Below, piece by piece: positions 63,686 through 64,000 of a DNA stretch of 64,000 bases (its first letter is position 1; every line of letters begins with the position of its first letter). The notes under the pieces were generated by a model. It did not search any database and had not been told where the DNA came from. It saw only the letters and a list, made by a program, of their open reading frames with translations. This DNA is from Euprymna scolopes. Lineage: Eukaryota. The stretch is from assembly GCA_053919585.1 (NCBI GenBank), contig CM132788.1; one strand, given 5' to 3'. The translations under genes were made by a program, and so were the position numbers.

Positions 63686-64000
63686 TTAAAGTTTGTGAAG
63701 CACCCCACAAAAGGTTACGTAAAAAGGGTTACCTATCTGAATTAGATTTCTGACAGCAATCATGGGGCATATAACGGACTTATATGACAAATGTATAATT
63801 TATTATCTCATTTATAAAACTTACTATGTCCGTCTGTCTGTCTATCTATTTGTCTCCACTTTTTTTATCTGTACATCCACCGGTTGCAGAGCATTTTTGT
63901 GGGCCGGTTTTATAGGTCTTTACGCGGTTAAAATAGTTACTAAGGGGTCAAAAAGATCTTTCTGGTTCTCTCTCTTCTGATCTTGAGAACGTGGTGCTGT

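Overview
AT-rich, repeat-dense animal (probably invertebrate) genomic DNA with 12 short N gaps and no prokaryotic features. Most of the window is transposable elements and tandem repeats. These include a 5'-truncated CR1/Jockey-group LINE inserted in a 26-bp satellite, a non-autonomous Gypsy LTR element nested in a head-to-tail Helitron stack, and a hAT-related DNA transposon with ~330-bp TIRs and a 9-bp TSD nested in a Tigger-like MITE. There are also mariner and hAT/Buster relics, DINE-1/Helentron-like elements and many old LINE fragments. The most notable non-TE signal is an unidentified structured RNA gene on the minus strand (~1857 to ~1616) behind a complete, correctly spaced octamer-PSE-TATA (type-3 Pol III) promoter. 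Also notable are several Penelope-type hammerhead ribozymes: two different tRNA-head+hammerhead SINE-like elements, and a 170-bp palindrome carrying an intact hammerhead on each strand. A 5S-derived and a tRNA-Cys pseudogene are present. Host coding evidence is limited to a signal-peptide exon (minus strand, ~14.9 kb) and a few low-confidence exon candidates. Most ORFs in the supplied track are artefacts of repeats or N gaps.
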